Source: an uncultured Candidatus Saccharibacteria bacterium
Lineage (GTDB): Bacteria > Patescibacteriota > WWE3 > UBA101185 > UBA10185
Reading direction: 5' to 3'
DNA length: 64,000 nt
Assembly: GCA_964385105.1 (NCBI GenBank)
Contig: CAYLMU010000001.1
Coordinates: forward strand, 66,252 to 130,251
A program made the translations under genes and the position numbers. Positions 38,624 through 46,569 of this stretch are shown here, in pieces (within the stretch, counting starts at the first letter, position 1; each line of letters opens with the position of its first letter). Under the pieces are notes generated by a model, which was not told where the DNA came from, did no database searches, and saw only the letters and a program-made list of their open reading frames with translations.

Positions 38624-38697
38624 GCCGGGGTAGTTTAATTTTAAAACCACTCAATTGTTTTGAGAAAATGTAGGTGAAAGCCCTACCCCCGGCTCCA
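38624..38697 (+). ncRNA. Non-canonical tRNA / tRNA-like RNA (UGU anticodon position, tRNA-Thr-like acceptor, encoded CCA)
   Basis: GCCGGGG-TA-GTTT(AATTTTA)AAAC-C-ACTCA(ATTGTTT)TGAGA-AAAT-GTAGG(TGAAAGC)CCTAC-CCCCGGC-T-CCA. It has a 7-bp acceptor, 4-bp D, 4/5-bp anticodon and 5-bp T stems at canonical spacing. TATAAT at 38607-38612. Confidence 0.85.
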
Positions 38698-38707
38698 AAT
38701 TTTAAAT

Positions 38708-39751
38708 ATGCAAAAAGAGGTAAACGATTATTTACACACACTTTTAAAAGAATTTAAGCCATATCTGCTTACTGAAGAAGACCAGAAAAAAACCGCGCGT
38801 GACAAAGCAGAATTTTTAACCGAAAAGCTCGCTTTGAGCAAATACCGCAAGAGAAAATTAGCTTCAACAACCCGCCAAGCCATATACAACAAAGTAAACA
38901 TGAGTATAGAACAAAACAGGCCATTACATTTTGTTATTCCTTTTGGAGGTTACAAACATTTTTGGAACCCTTCACACCCCGAGCCTGACTGGGCAGAACT
39001 GTTTAATTTTAGATATTTAACCGAATATGTCTCACCGGTGTTAGCAATACACGAACCCGGCGTAATCATTGAGTATGTATCAGAAGATATGATTATGACA
39101 AGAATGGATAATTACCCTCGTGATGTACTAGAAACATATGCGCGTGTTTTTAAAGAGCTTATAAACTGGTATAACAAGCAAACTCCAAACAATTTGGATT
39201 TTAGATATTTTAGGGTTGGCGATAGATGTGACAAAGAAAAAATAATACAAATTGTAGAGGGACTGCTTCCCGAAAGGCGGGCAATGTTTGATAAACTCTC
39301 ACAAAATGAAAAAGATAGGGAGCTTCATAGAAGCAAAAGGTCATTTTATTGGGACGGTGAGTTTGATTTTACACATTTAGATGATGAAGAAAAGTACAAT
39401 AAAATAGTGGAGTCACGTTTGATTGAACTTGCTTATTACGAAACCGAAGGGCTGCCGGAATTTCTGGGTGACTATCTAAGTAACGATGAACATATTTGTA
39501 TACTTTTTTCATTCGGCACCACTCCCGACAATGATGAATTTCAAGGTTTAACACTTGGATCAACGTACGGATCGCTCGTAGATCATTGGATTGGGAGAGG
39601 GGTTTTAGAAAAAAGAGAAAGTCAGTTCTTTCCGCGTATTGTTTCGAAACAGCAGTATGAGGATGCTAAAGAAAATATTATTGAGGTGATTATAGAAGAG
39701 CTACTTCCCTTTAAGAATTATAAGTTTATTGATGTAGTGGATAAGAGATGA
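38708..39751 (+). CDS. Hypothetical enzyme distantly resembling the PvcA/Dit1 isonitrile-synthase fold
   Basis: IEQNRPLHFVIPFGGYK...PDWAE...HEPGVIIEYVSED...Y aligns by eye with the PvcA pattern P(I)xFVLPAFPxK...PDxAE...YxPGAxIxIxSDG...Y; the active-site segments differ. Confidence 0.55.
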   Translation: MQKEVNDYLHTLLKEFKPYLLTEEDQKKTARDKAEFLTEKLALSKYRKRKLASTTRQAIYNKVNMSIEQNRPLHFVIPFGGYKHFWNPSHPEPDWAELFNFRYLTEYVSPVLAIHEPGVIIEYVSEDMIMTRMDNYPRDVLETYARVFKELINWYNKQTPNNLDFRYFRVGDRCDKEKIIQIVEGLLPERRAMFDKLSQNEKDRELHRSKRSFYWDGEFDFTHLDDEEKYNKIVESRLIELAYYETEGLPEFLGDYLSNDEHICILFSFGTTPDNDEFQGLTLGSTYGSLVDHWIGRGVLEKRESQFFPRIVSKQQYEDAKENIIEVIIEELLPFKNYKFIDVVDKR

Positions 39752-39786
39752 GGGTCCGGCTAAATTAAAAACGAAGCCGGACCCTC
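39750..39786. terminator. 12-bp stem-loop between convergent genes
   Basis: GAGGGTCCGGCT 39750-39761 / AGCCGGACCCTC 39775-39786, perfect inverted repeat. Confidence 0.7.
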
Positions 39787-39807
39787 TGATTGGCAGGATT
39801 ATTCGGG

Positions 39808-40296
39808 TTACGCTGGGAACGCTGAATTTAGCCAAACCATAGCATAGGCTCGGGCATGAGAAAGACCCATACCTTTGATTTTGTCCAGTGACCTTAATAC
39901 AGCATCAATTTGGTTAGTTGAAGGTATCCCTTCGAACCAGCCCGAGGCGGACGCGCCGTAGATGCGGATCCAAGTGTTTGGATTCTTTATATTCGGGAAG
40001 TAGTGGCAAAGGATAGATACCACACAACCGGCTAAGAGATCCAGTGTTTTCTTCGATGGCGCCTCTTCTACTGCAATTATTTCTATCGCAACAGTAGAAC
40101 TATCTGCAGGCACCATACGTTCATTTATTTCGATGAACTGAAATACCTCATACTCAACCCGTAGCATTTGGAATTGCACGTCCATCGAACCCACTAATAG
40201 ACGTGTTACCTGTGCTATATCCTGCAGCATTGTTCGCATTTTTTCGCGATCAGTTTTCCGAACATCCCTGGAAATATAAACTGTCACACTCGCCAT
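39808..40296 (-). CDS. Orphan protein, possible tautomerase/MIF-like beta-alpha-beta repeat
   Basis: AAGGAG SD, own promoter, higher GC; two beta-alpha-beta-like halves by eye, no Pro-1. Confidence 0.55.
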   Translation of the reverse strand: MASVTVYISRDVRKTDREKMRTMLQDIAQVTRLLVGSMDVQFQMLRVEYEVFQFIEINERMVPADSSTVAIEIIAVEEAPSKKTLDLLAGCVVSILCHYFPNIKNPNTWIRIYGASASGWFEGIPSTNQIDAVLRSLDKIKGMGLSHARAYAMVWLNSAFPA

Positions 40297-40383
40297 CGTA
40301 AAAATCTCCTTTTTGTGGCGTGGATAAGCAAAATCAATTGTCGAGATTATACTATAGGCTCAAATACTTGTAAAGTTTTGTTG

Positions 40384-40995
40384 TTACAGGTTCCAAACTT
40401 GACTCACCTTATTAACAACATTGTCACTTGATAATCCATCAATGTAAATTAAGGGTGCAGAGTGCTTTTTTGTCTCGTCAATAAACCAACTGTTGTACAG
40501 CTCAGTCCAAATCGCTTCTTTTTCTTTATAAATGTCAGGATAGGGATTTTCGTTGTCCCACAAACCGTTTTCGTAAATTCTTTTAGTTAAAATAGTGTTA
40601 TTTTTTGCAGCTAAAAATACGCTCTTTGTTTGGAATTTCTTTCCTATCTCATTTGCAAACTCTGGTGTCACCCCTATACCTTCGACAATAAGATTTTCCC
40701 AGTCATAAAATTTTTCAGCTATAGCCCAAATACCTCTTTCAGCAATTTTATTCTGCTGTTTTTCTAGTTCAAACACTCGCGAAGGGTCGGTATATTTTGC
40801 ATAAAACTCTTCAATTTCCATACCCTCGTCATAATATAGATCTTGAGAAATCCCTGCGGGTCGAAGTTCTTTTAAAAGACCCCTAACATCATCCATGGAT
40901 ATAAATATATGATTTTGTTGTATTGCTAATGTTTTAGCGATTGACGATTTTCCTGCTCTCGGAGGACCACCGATTAAATAAAGGTTTTTAATCAT
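40384..40995 (-). CDS. P-loop kinase (2-phosphoglycerate-kinase/AAA_33-like); start reassigned to 40995
   Basis: LYLIGGPPRAGKSS Walker A, ISMDDVR, LIVEG; TGCTACAAT 6 nt upstream of the ATG. Confidence 0.75.
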   Translation of the reverse strand: MIKNLYLIGGPPRAGKSSIAKTLAIQQNHIFISMDDVRGLLKELRPAGISQDLYYDEGMEIEEFYAKYTDPSRVFELEKQQNKIAERGIWAIAEKFYDWENLIVEGIGVTPEFANEIGKKFQTKSVFLAAKNNTILTKRIYENGLWDNENPYPDIYKEKEAIWTELYNSWFIDETKKHSAPLIYIDGLSSDNVVNKVSQVWNL

Positions 40996-41027
40996 ACGAA
41001 AATTGTAGCATTTGTTAAAATAAACAT

Positions 41028-41180
41028 GTGCAAAACCCCGAACCAGCAGCTTTAACCCATATAGCGCTAGGAATAGTCGCCAACGCAAACAGCGAAGTGT
41101 TAATTATTCGGCGCAAAAAGACTGAAAAAGGTTCTGACAACGTAATTCTTAGCTGGGCATTTCCTATTCTTACCAACTAA
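41028..41180 (+). pseudogene. Truncated NUDIX hydrolase (N-terminal fragment)
   Basis: GTG-start 50-aa ORF ...IALGIVANANSEVLIIRRKK...LSWAFP|ILTN* loses similarity exactly where the GG of the Nudix box should begin; TGTTAAAAT 6 nt upstream. Confidence 0.65.
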
Positions 41181-43125
41181 AATTCCTTCTACGTTGATCC
41201 ATCTCATCCAAAAAATTGTTTATAGTTTCACTATCTGAGAAAAAGTTATTTTTTGTATGACCTTCTTGAGTCACTAAATCCTGGGGAATTTCTTTTATAA
41301 ATCTGCTTGGCATGTTGCTTTCTGTCCTACCAAAATAAAGTCTTTTACTTGCAAGTGTTATTACAAGTCTTTCCATAGCGCGCGTAACCGCTACATAGCA
41401 TAACCTACGTTCTTCTTCCAGTTCGGGAAGTTCCATTAAAGACCTTGAATGAGGAAACAAACCTTCTTCCATACCGATTAAAAATACAACCGGAAATTCA
41501 AGCCCTTTGCTTGCATGAATTGTCATTAAAGTTACAGCGTTTAGGTCTGTATTATTGGGTTTGTCGGTACTTTCAATTAACGCAACATTTTCTAAAAATT
41601 CTTCAAGGTCAATAAAAGTCGACGCCACCGACCGCAGCTCTTTAATGTTTTCTATTCTTTCAAGATTTTCTTCCGAACCGTCGTTTAGCCATTGCAAATA
41701 ACCTGTGTCACGCAAAACTTCGTCCATTAATTCAACTGTTGATAATGTTTCTTTTTGCTCCATCCACTTTAAAACCGGCAATTTTGCCTTAAATTCAATT
41801 TCAGCTACATTCCAACCGCCGTTTTTTATATCTTCTTTGGATTTTTGGCCAATTCCTCTGGGAGGAACATTTATAATTCGATCCCATGACACTGAATCTT
41901 TAGGGTTATGTATCACTCTCAAATACGCAATTATGTCTTTAACTTCTTTTCGTGAATAAAACCTAAAACCCCCAATAATTTTGTATGGAATGTTGTTTTT
42001 AATTAAATGTTCCTCAATGTTTCTTGACTGAGCGTTAGTTCTGTACAAAACAGCTATATCACTAAATGTTCTGCCTTGGGAAATTTCGCCAAAAATTTTT
42101 CCAACAATGTATTCTGCCTCTTCATGTTCGTTGTTTCCTGTATATACCTTTATTTTTTCGTTACTTTCTTTTTCAGTCCAAAGGTCAAGTTTAATGTGCG
42201 TTGAATTGTTTTTTATTATATTTTTTGCCGCGTCTAAAATTACTTGGGTTGAGCGGTAATTTCTTTCTAGGTTATAAAGTTCGGCTTCAGGGTAATCACG
42301 CTGAAAATTTAAAATATTTCGGTAATCTGCACCTCTAAAGCTATAAATCGCTTGTGACATGTCACCTACCACAAATAAGTTTTTGTATTTTTGAGCAAGC
42401 ACTTTTGTAAGCACATATTGAGCTTTGTTGGTGTCCTGGTATTCATCCACCATAATATATTTAAAAATGTCCTGGTATTTTTCTAAAACTTCCGGGTTTG
42501 TGTCAAAAAGCCTCACAGTTTCAACTAAAATATCATCAAAGTCTAAGGCGTCGTTAGCACGAAGTCTTTTTTGATATTCAGGATATATTTTTGCAACTGT
42601 TCTTTGAAAATATCCGTGTGCATAACTGCTATATTCGTCAGGATCAATAAGTTCTGATTTAGCATTTGATATTGTAGCTAAAACAGCATTCGGAGTGGTT
42701 TGTTTTGTATTAATTCCAAAGTCTTTTTCAATTGCCTTAATTAGTGAAAGCTGATCGTCTGAGTCATAAATTACAAATGTTGCAGGTATTCCAATTAAAT
42801 AGCCATCTTTTCGCAAAACTCTTGAACAAATTGAATGAAATGTACCACTCCAGGGAAGTTTTTTAATATTTAAATCTGTTGTGCTTAATATTCTTTCGAC
42901 TCTTTCTTTAATTTCTTGTGAAGCTTTGTTTGTGAAGGTTACGCATAAAATATTTGTCTCCGGCACTTGGTGCTCGAGTATTAAATGTGCCACACGGTGT
43001 GTGAGAACACGTGTTTTTCCGCTTCCCGGACCTGCTACTACAAGCGCAGGGCCGTCTTTATGTTGCACAGCCGGTATTTGTTGATCGTTGAGACCTAAAA
43101 GTGTTTGTGGTTTTTCTTCGGGCAC
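41170..43125 (-). CDS. pcrA: ATP-dependent DNA helicase PcrA/UvrD
   Basis: AGPGSGKT, TFTNKA, VDEYQD, YSFRGAD, NYRS, YRTNAQSR, TIHASKGLEF, EERRLCYVAVTRA. Confidence 0.95.
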   Translation of the reverse strand: MPEEKPQTLLGLNDQQIPAVQHKDGPALVVAGPGSGKTRVLTHRVAHLILEHQVPETNILCVTFTNKASQEIKERVERILSTTDLNIKKLPWSGTFHSICSRVLRKDGYLIGIPATFVIYDSDDQLSLIKAIEKDFGINTKQTTPNAVLATISNAKSELIDPDEYSSYAHGYFQRTVAKIYPEYQKRLRANDALDFDDILVETVRLFDTNPEVLEKYQDIFKYIMVDEYQDTNKAQYVLTKVLAQKYKNLFVVGDMSQAIYSFRGADYRNILNFQRDYPEAELYNLERNYRSTQVILDAAKNIIKNNSTHIKLDLWTEKESNEKIKVYTGNNEHEEAEYIVGKIFGEISQGRTFSDIAVLYRTNAQSRNIEEHLIKNNIPYKIIGGFRFYSRKEVKDIIAYLRVIHNPKDSVSWDRIINVPPRGIGQKSKEDIKNGGWNVAEIEFKAKLPVLKWMEQKETLSTVELMDEVLRDTGYLQWLNDGSEENLERIENIKELRSVASTFIDLEEFLENVALIESTDKPNNTDLNAVTLMTIHASKGLEFPVVFLIGMEEGLFPHSRSLMELPELEEERRLCYVAVTRAMERLVITLASKRLYFGRTESNMPSRFIKEIPQDLVTQEGHTKNNFFSDSETINNFLDEMDQRRRNFSW

Positions 43126-43157
43126 GGTGTAATGATAGCATACTGTATTATTAAGAT

Positions 43158-44792
43158 ATGATAAATTCTTTAACCACTGAACCTCTATCAGCTGATACAG
43201 AGGGGCCTACTCTCGAAAATACTCCAACAAAAGAAACTACAAGTGAACCTGTCCTGGAAATAGGTACAGACCTAAGTTTGGATAAAATTAATTTAACTGA
43301 GGGATCGTCTTTAGAGTTACCATTTTTAATTGAACTATATGAAAAAGATGTTCTAGAGATTACCTCCTTGCAAACTACAATGTTACAAATGGTAGCAGAT
43401 GGGAAAGATTTTGATGCGATTCTTGATAAATTAACAGAGATGGCCGTTGAATTGAATATTACAAATGAATTGTATTTTTTGCTCAACAAACAAACAGAAG
43501 AATTTGTTGAACGCAGAGAAAGAATTAAAGATGTCACACAAAACGGAAATTTACCACCATCTGAAGTTTTTGAGAGGGTTTTTGGAATACCTGCTACCGG
43601 AGAAGTTCAAATGAGGATTAGCCCTTTTACACTTTATTTTAACTGCTTGTATGAAAGCGATTTTGCTAAACTTTATTCTGGTATGTATTTGGACAAAAGT
43701 AGAGCGGAAGGCGCACAATTAAAAGATGTGGTACATATTGCAGGCTGTTTGCTTGGGGATGTAAGAGATCCTCAGCTCACGTGGGCAGTAAGTTTACAAA
43801 ACGGAACTAGAACCATGAAGGAGATTTCTGAGGATACTTTTTTGCATGAACAGGAACATGCAATAAATAAAATTATAATGGAACCTAATTTACGAAATAA
43901 TATTTATTTTATTCTCTTGAGAAATGCAAATGAGGAAGGAGATGAGTTAAAAATTGTAAGATTACTAAACCAATATCTCAGGTATGAGAGAAGTAAATAT
44001 GAAGCATTGGCGGCGGATGAGATTTTGGCACGATTTAAAGAAGGTAGATCGAGAATTTCTACTTATAACACTTTAACGCGATTGAGAGAGAACGGTGGGT
44101 TTTATGATTTTTTTTCCAATCAAGAAGAAAGCTTTAGAGAACAAGGCAAACTTGATACCAAGCATGTTTTAATTAGTGAAATTGGTGCATCCAGAAGCGA
44201 TCTTATAGATGATTCTATTAAAAGAGTAATGGTTGAAGATTATAGAAAGCTTTTACTACAGGGTTGTAATTCCTATGTAAGGTTGTTGGGTAGGGGTTTT
44301 ACTAAAGATGAAGTACAGACGATACTAAGAATGGTTCCATTAAGGCAATGGGAAAAAGTTTCCAACAGATTAGCAGAATATACTGCGCCAAGTTATGAAA
44401 ATTTTTATTTATTGGCAGGGTCACAAGTTCTTACATATACACAAGAGGGCAATTTAGTTACCGGTGATCTTGAAGGTCTCGATGAGTTAACAGGAGAACC
44501 AAATATTCGCATTATTAATCAGCAAAAGGAAGAAGAAATTTTACATGGAACATTTGAGGATTTACGCTTATTGAATTTTCCTTATAAAACAGCTAAAGAA
44601 TGGTACTCAGTATGGGTATTATCGGGTGGAAGAAAGCTTAAAGATTTTGAAAGTTTTATTTCATCAGACGATGAAGTTATACCTGCGGTTTTAGCTTGGA
44701 ATTTGCTTAAAAGAGCAAATGGAGGATTGCCAGATAAAAACGTATCAAGAGTTTTCAGAGCGTATAGAATGTTAGCAAGAAAGACATATTAA
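43158..44792 (+). CDS. Hypothetical 544-aa protein with an HExxH motif
   Basis: TFLHEQEHAINK followed by ADEILA (possible third zinc ligand); no signal peptide. Confidence 0.6.
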   Translation: MINSLTTEPLSADTEGPTLENTPTKETTSEPVLEIGTDLSLDKINLTEGSSLELPFLIELYEKDVLEITSLQTTMLQMVADGKDFDAILDKLTEMAVELNITNELYFLLNKQTEEFVERRERIKDVTQNGNLPPSEVFERVFGIPATGEVQMRISPFTLYFNCLYESDFAKLYSGMYLDKSRAEGAQLKDVVHIAGCLLGDVRDPQLTWAVSLQNGTRTMKEISEDTFLHEQEHAINKIIMEPNLRNNIYFILLRNANEEGDELKIVRLLNQYLRYERSKYEALAADEILARFKEGRSRISTYNTLTRLRENGGFYDFFSNQEESFREQGKLDTKHVLISEIGASRSDLIDDSIKRVMVEDYRKLLLQGCNSYVRLLGRGFTKDEVQTILRMVPLRQWEKVSNRLAEYTAPSYENFYLLAGSQVLTYTQEGNLVTGDLEGLDELTGEPNIRIINQQKEEEILHGTFEDLRLLNFPYKTAKEWYSVWVLSGGRKLKDFESFISSDDEVIPAVLAWNLLKRANGGLPDKNVSRVFRAYRMLARKTY

Positions 44793-44815
44793 TTATGCTC
44801 ATACCCTACTCACAC

Positions 44816-45304
44816 ATGAAGAAAATAAACAGAAAACTTATTGTTGTATTAGTAATAGTTAGTATTATAGGTATAGCTATGGGCTTAAATTTACACCTTG
44901 ACAAATCCCCGAATCCAAAATCTACAGCTTCGGTGACTATAAATAACGCCAGAGTTTTTGTTGAGGTAGCACAAACACCCGCTGAAAAACAAAAAGGCTT
45001 AATGTTTAGAGAATATATGGCTGAAGACGAGGGAATGTTATTTATACTTGATTCAACGGGCATATATTCATTCTGGATGAAAAATACTTTAATTCCACTT
45101 GATTTGATTTGGTTTGACGAAAATTGGCGTATTGTTGATATAAAGCAAAATGTCCCCCCATGTACTGTTCCAACAGACCAAAGATGCCCAAGTTATACAC
45201 CAAAGTTACCAGTAAGATATACTTTAGAAGTAAATGGAGGGTGGGTTGAAAAGAATAATGTGTCTATAGGAGATTATGCTCAATATCAACCCCAAGTGTA
45301 CTAA
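44816..45304 (+). CDS. DUF192-family exported protein
   Basis: VEVAQT...KGLMFR...GMLF...FWMKNTLIPLD...LEVNGG. Confidence 0.9.
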   Translation: MKKINRKLIVVLVIVSIIGIAMGLNLHLDKSPNPKSTASVTINNARVFVEVAQTPAEKQKGLMFREYMAEDEGMLFILDSTGIYSFWMKNTLIPLDLIWFDENWRIVDIKQNVPPCTVPTDQRCPSYTPKLPVRYTLEVNGGWVEKNNVSIGDYAQYQPQVY

Positions 45305-46241
45305 ATCCATGATCCAGCATTAAAATCATATCGCTTCTTCTATCATTACTTCCTAAAACAACTCCTACAAGCTCTACCCCGTCATTTTCAGCATAAGATA
45401 CCAGGCAAAGACCTGCTGCTCCGGTATAACCGGTTTTCAAACCTAAAACCCCTGGATAAGTGTTTAATAAGTTAGTTTGATTATACAGTTGTTTTGTTGC
45501 ATGTTTACCCGGTTCTTCTAAAGTTTTTTCTAAAGTTTTGGCAATTTCTCTAAAATCAGGGTCTTTTAGTGCGTAGCGCGTTAGTTTTACAAGTTCATAT
45601 GCTGTGCTGTAAGTGTCGTTATCTAATCCGCTTGGGTCTGCAAAGTATGTATTTTCAAGACCCAGCTCTTTTGCTTTTAAATTCATCCAATATACAAATG
45701 TTTCTGTGTCTCCGGCTACTGCTTCAGAAATTGCATAAGCCGCGTCATTGCCCGAATTTAAAATTAGCCCGTACAACAACTCTTCAAGTGTATACTCTTC
45801 ACCTTCCAAAAGTCCCATAGAGTTTTCACCTATACTTGCAGCGTTTTTACTAATTACCACTTTTTGGTCTAGGTCAGCATGTTCCAAGGCTATGATTGCT
45901 GTCATTACTTTTGTGATACTGGCAATTTTTCTTTTTTCGTGTGCATTTTTTTCAAACACAACTTTTCCCGAATCAAGTTCAACTACAATGCCGGACTTGC
46001 CATTAACAATCGGTTGATTTGATGTATTTATTGTGTCTGTAGTTTGCCAGGAAATTTCAGGATCGTAAGATTTTTTTAATGTAGCAAAGTAATTTTGTCT
46101 GTCAGGAAGTTCTTTTTCGCTAACAAAACCGCTAATAACAAGGGTTTCAGAAGAGTGTGCGGAGCTAACTACCAGTGTTGCACTGATAATGACTATACTC
46201 GCCAAAATTATTAGGTAGCTTTTTTTGAGTACATTTCTCAT
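45264..46241 (-). CDS. dacA: D-alanyl-D-alanine carboxypeptidase (peptidase S11)
   Basis: IASITKVMTA (SxxK), SGNDAA (SxN), GLKTGYT (KTG); N-terminal signal/anchor. Confidence 0.92.
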   Translation of the reverse strand: MRNVLKKSYLIILASIVIISATLVVSSAHSSETLVISGFVSEKELPDRQNYFATLKKSYDPEISWQTTDTINTSNQPIVNGKSGIVVELDSGKVVFEKNAHEKRKIASITKVMTAIIALEHADLDQKVVISKNAASIGENSMGLLEGEEYTLEELLYGLILNSGNDAAYAISEAVAGDTETFVYWMNLKAKELGLENTYFADPSGLDNDTYSTAYELVKLTRYALKDPDFREIAKTLEKTLEEPGKHATKQLYNQTNLLNTYPGVLGLKTGYTGAAGLCLVSYAENDGVELVGVVLGSNDRRSDMILMLDHGFSTLGVDIEHNLL

Positions 46242-46302
46242 GGGCAAGTGATATGTTATCATATTTTTAGTAGAAATGCTTTTTTAGAATCAGGAGGTAT
46301 TT

Positions 46303-46569
46303 ATGATTACACTTATAGATTTTCACGCTGACTGGTGTGGTCCTTGTAAAATGATGGAGCCTATTTTTGCTGAGATTAAAGATGATTATGAAGGAAAAGT
46401 GGAATTCAAAAAGGTCGATGTTGAACAGGAAGGCGAATTAGCAGCAAGATTTAATGTATTGGCTATTCCAACCTTTATTATTTTGGATGAGCAGGGAGCC
46501 GAGAAATCCCGAAAGCGGGGTGCAGTGTCAAAAGAAGTTCTTAAAGAATGGATTAATAAAAATTTATGA
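46303..46569 (+). CDS. trxA: Thioredoxin
   Basis: DFHADWCGPC, IPT cis-Pro loop; AGGAGG SD. Confidence 0.93.
   Translation: MITLIDFHADWCGPCKMMEPIFAEIKDDYEGKVEFKKVDVEQEGELAARFNVLAIPTFIILDEQGAEKSRKRGAVSKEVLKEWINKNL

Noticed and set aside
38624-38697. tmRNA end, phage att remnant or simple decayed pseudo-tRNA
   Set aside because: There is no G3.U70 pair or tag ORF. The whole cloverleaf is present rather than a 3' fragment. Stems are intact and the loop changes are reciprocal, which random decay would not predict, though decay cannot be fully excluded.
39736-40328. Isolated DnaA-box-like 9-mers (AGTGGATAA, CGTGGATAA)
   Set aside because: These are single one-mismatch hits, not clustered, and are expected by chance in AT-rich DNA.
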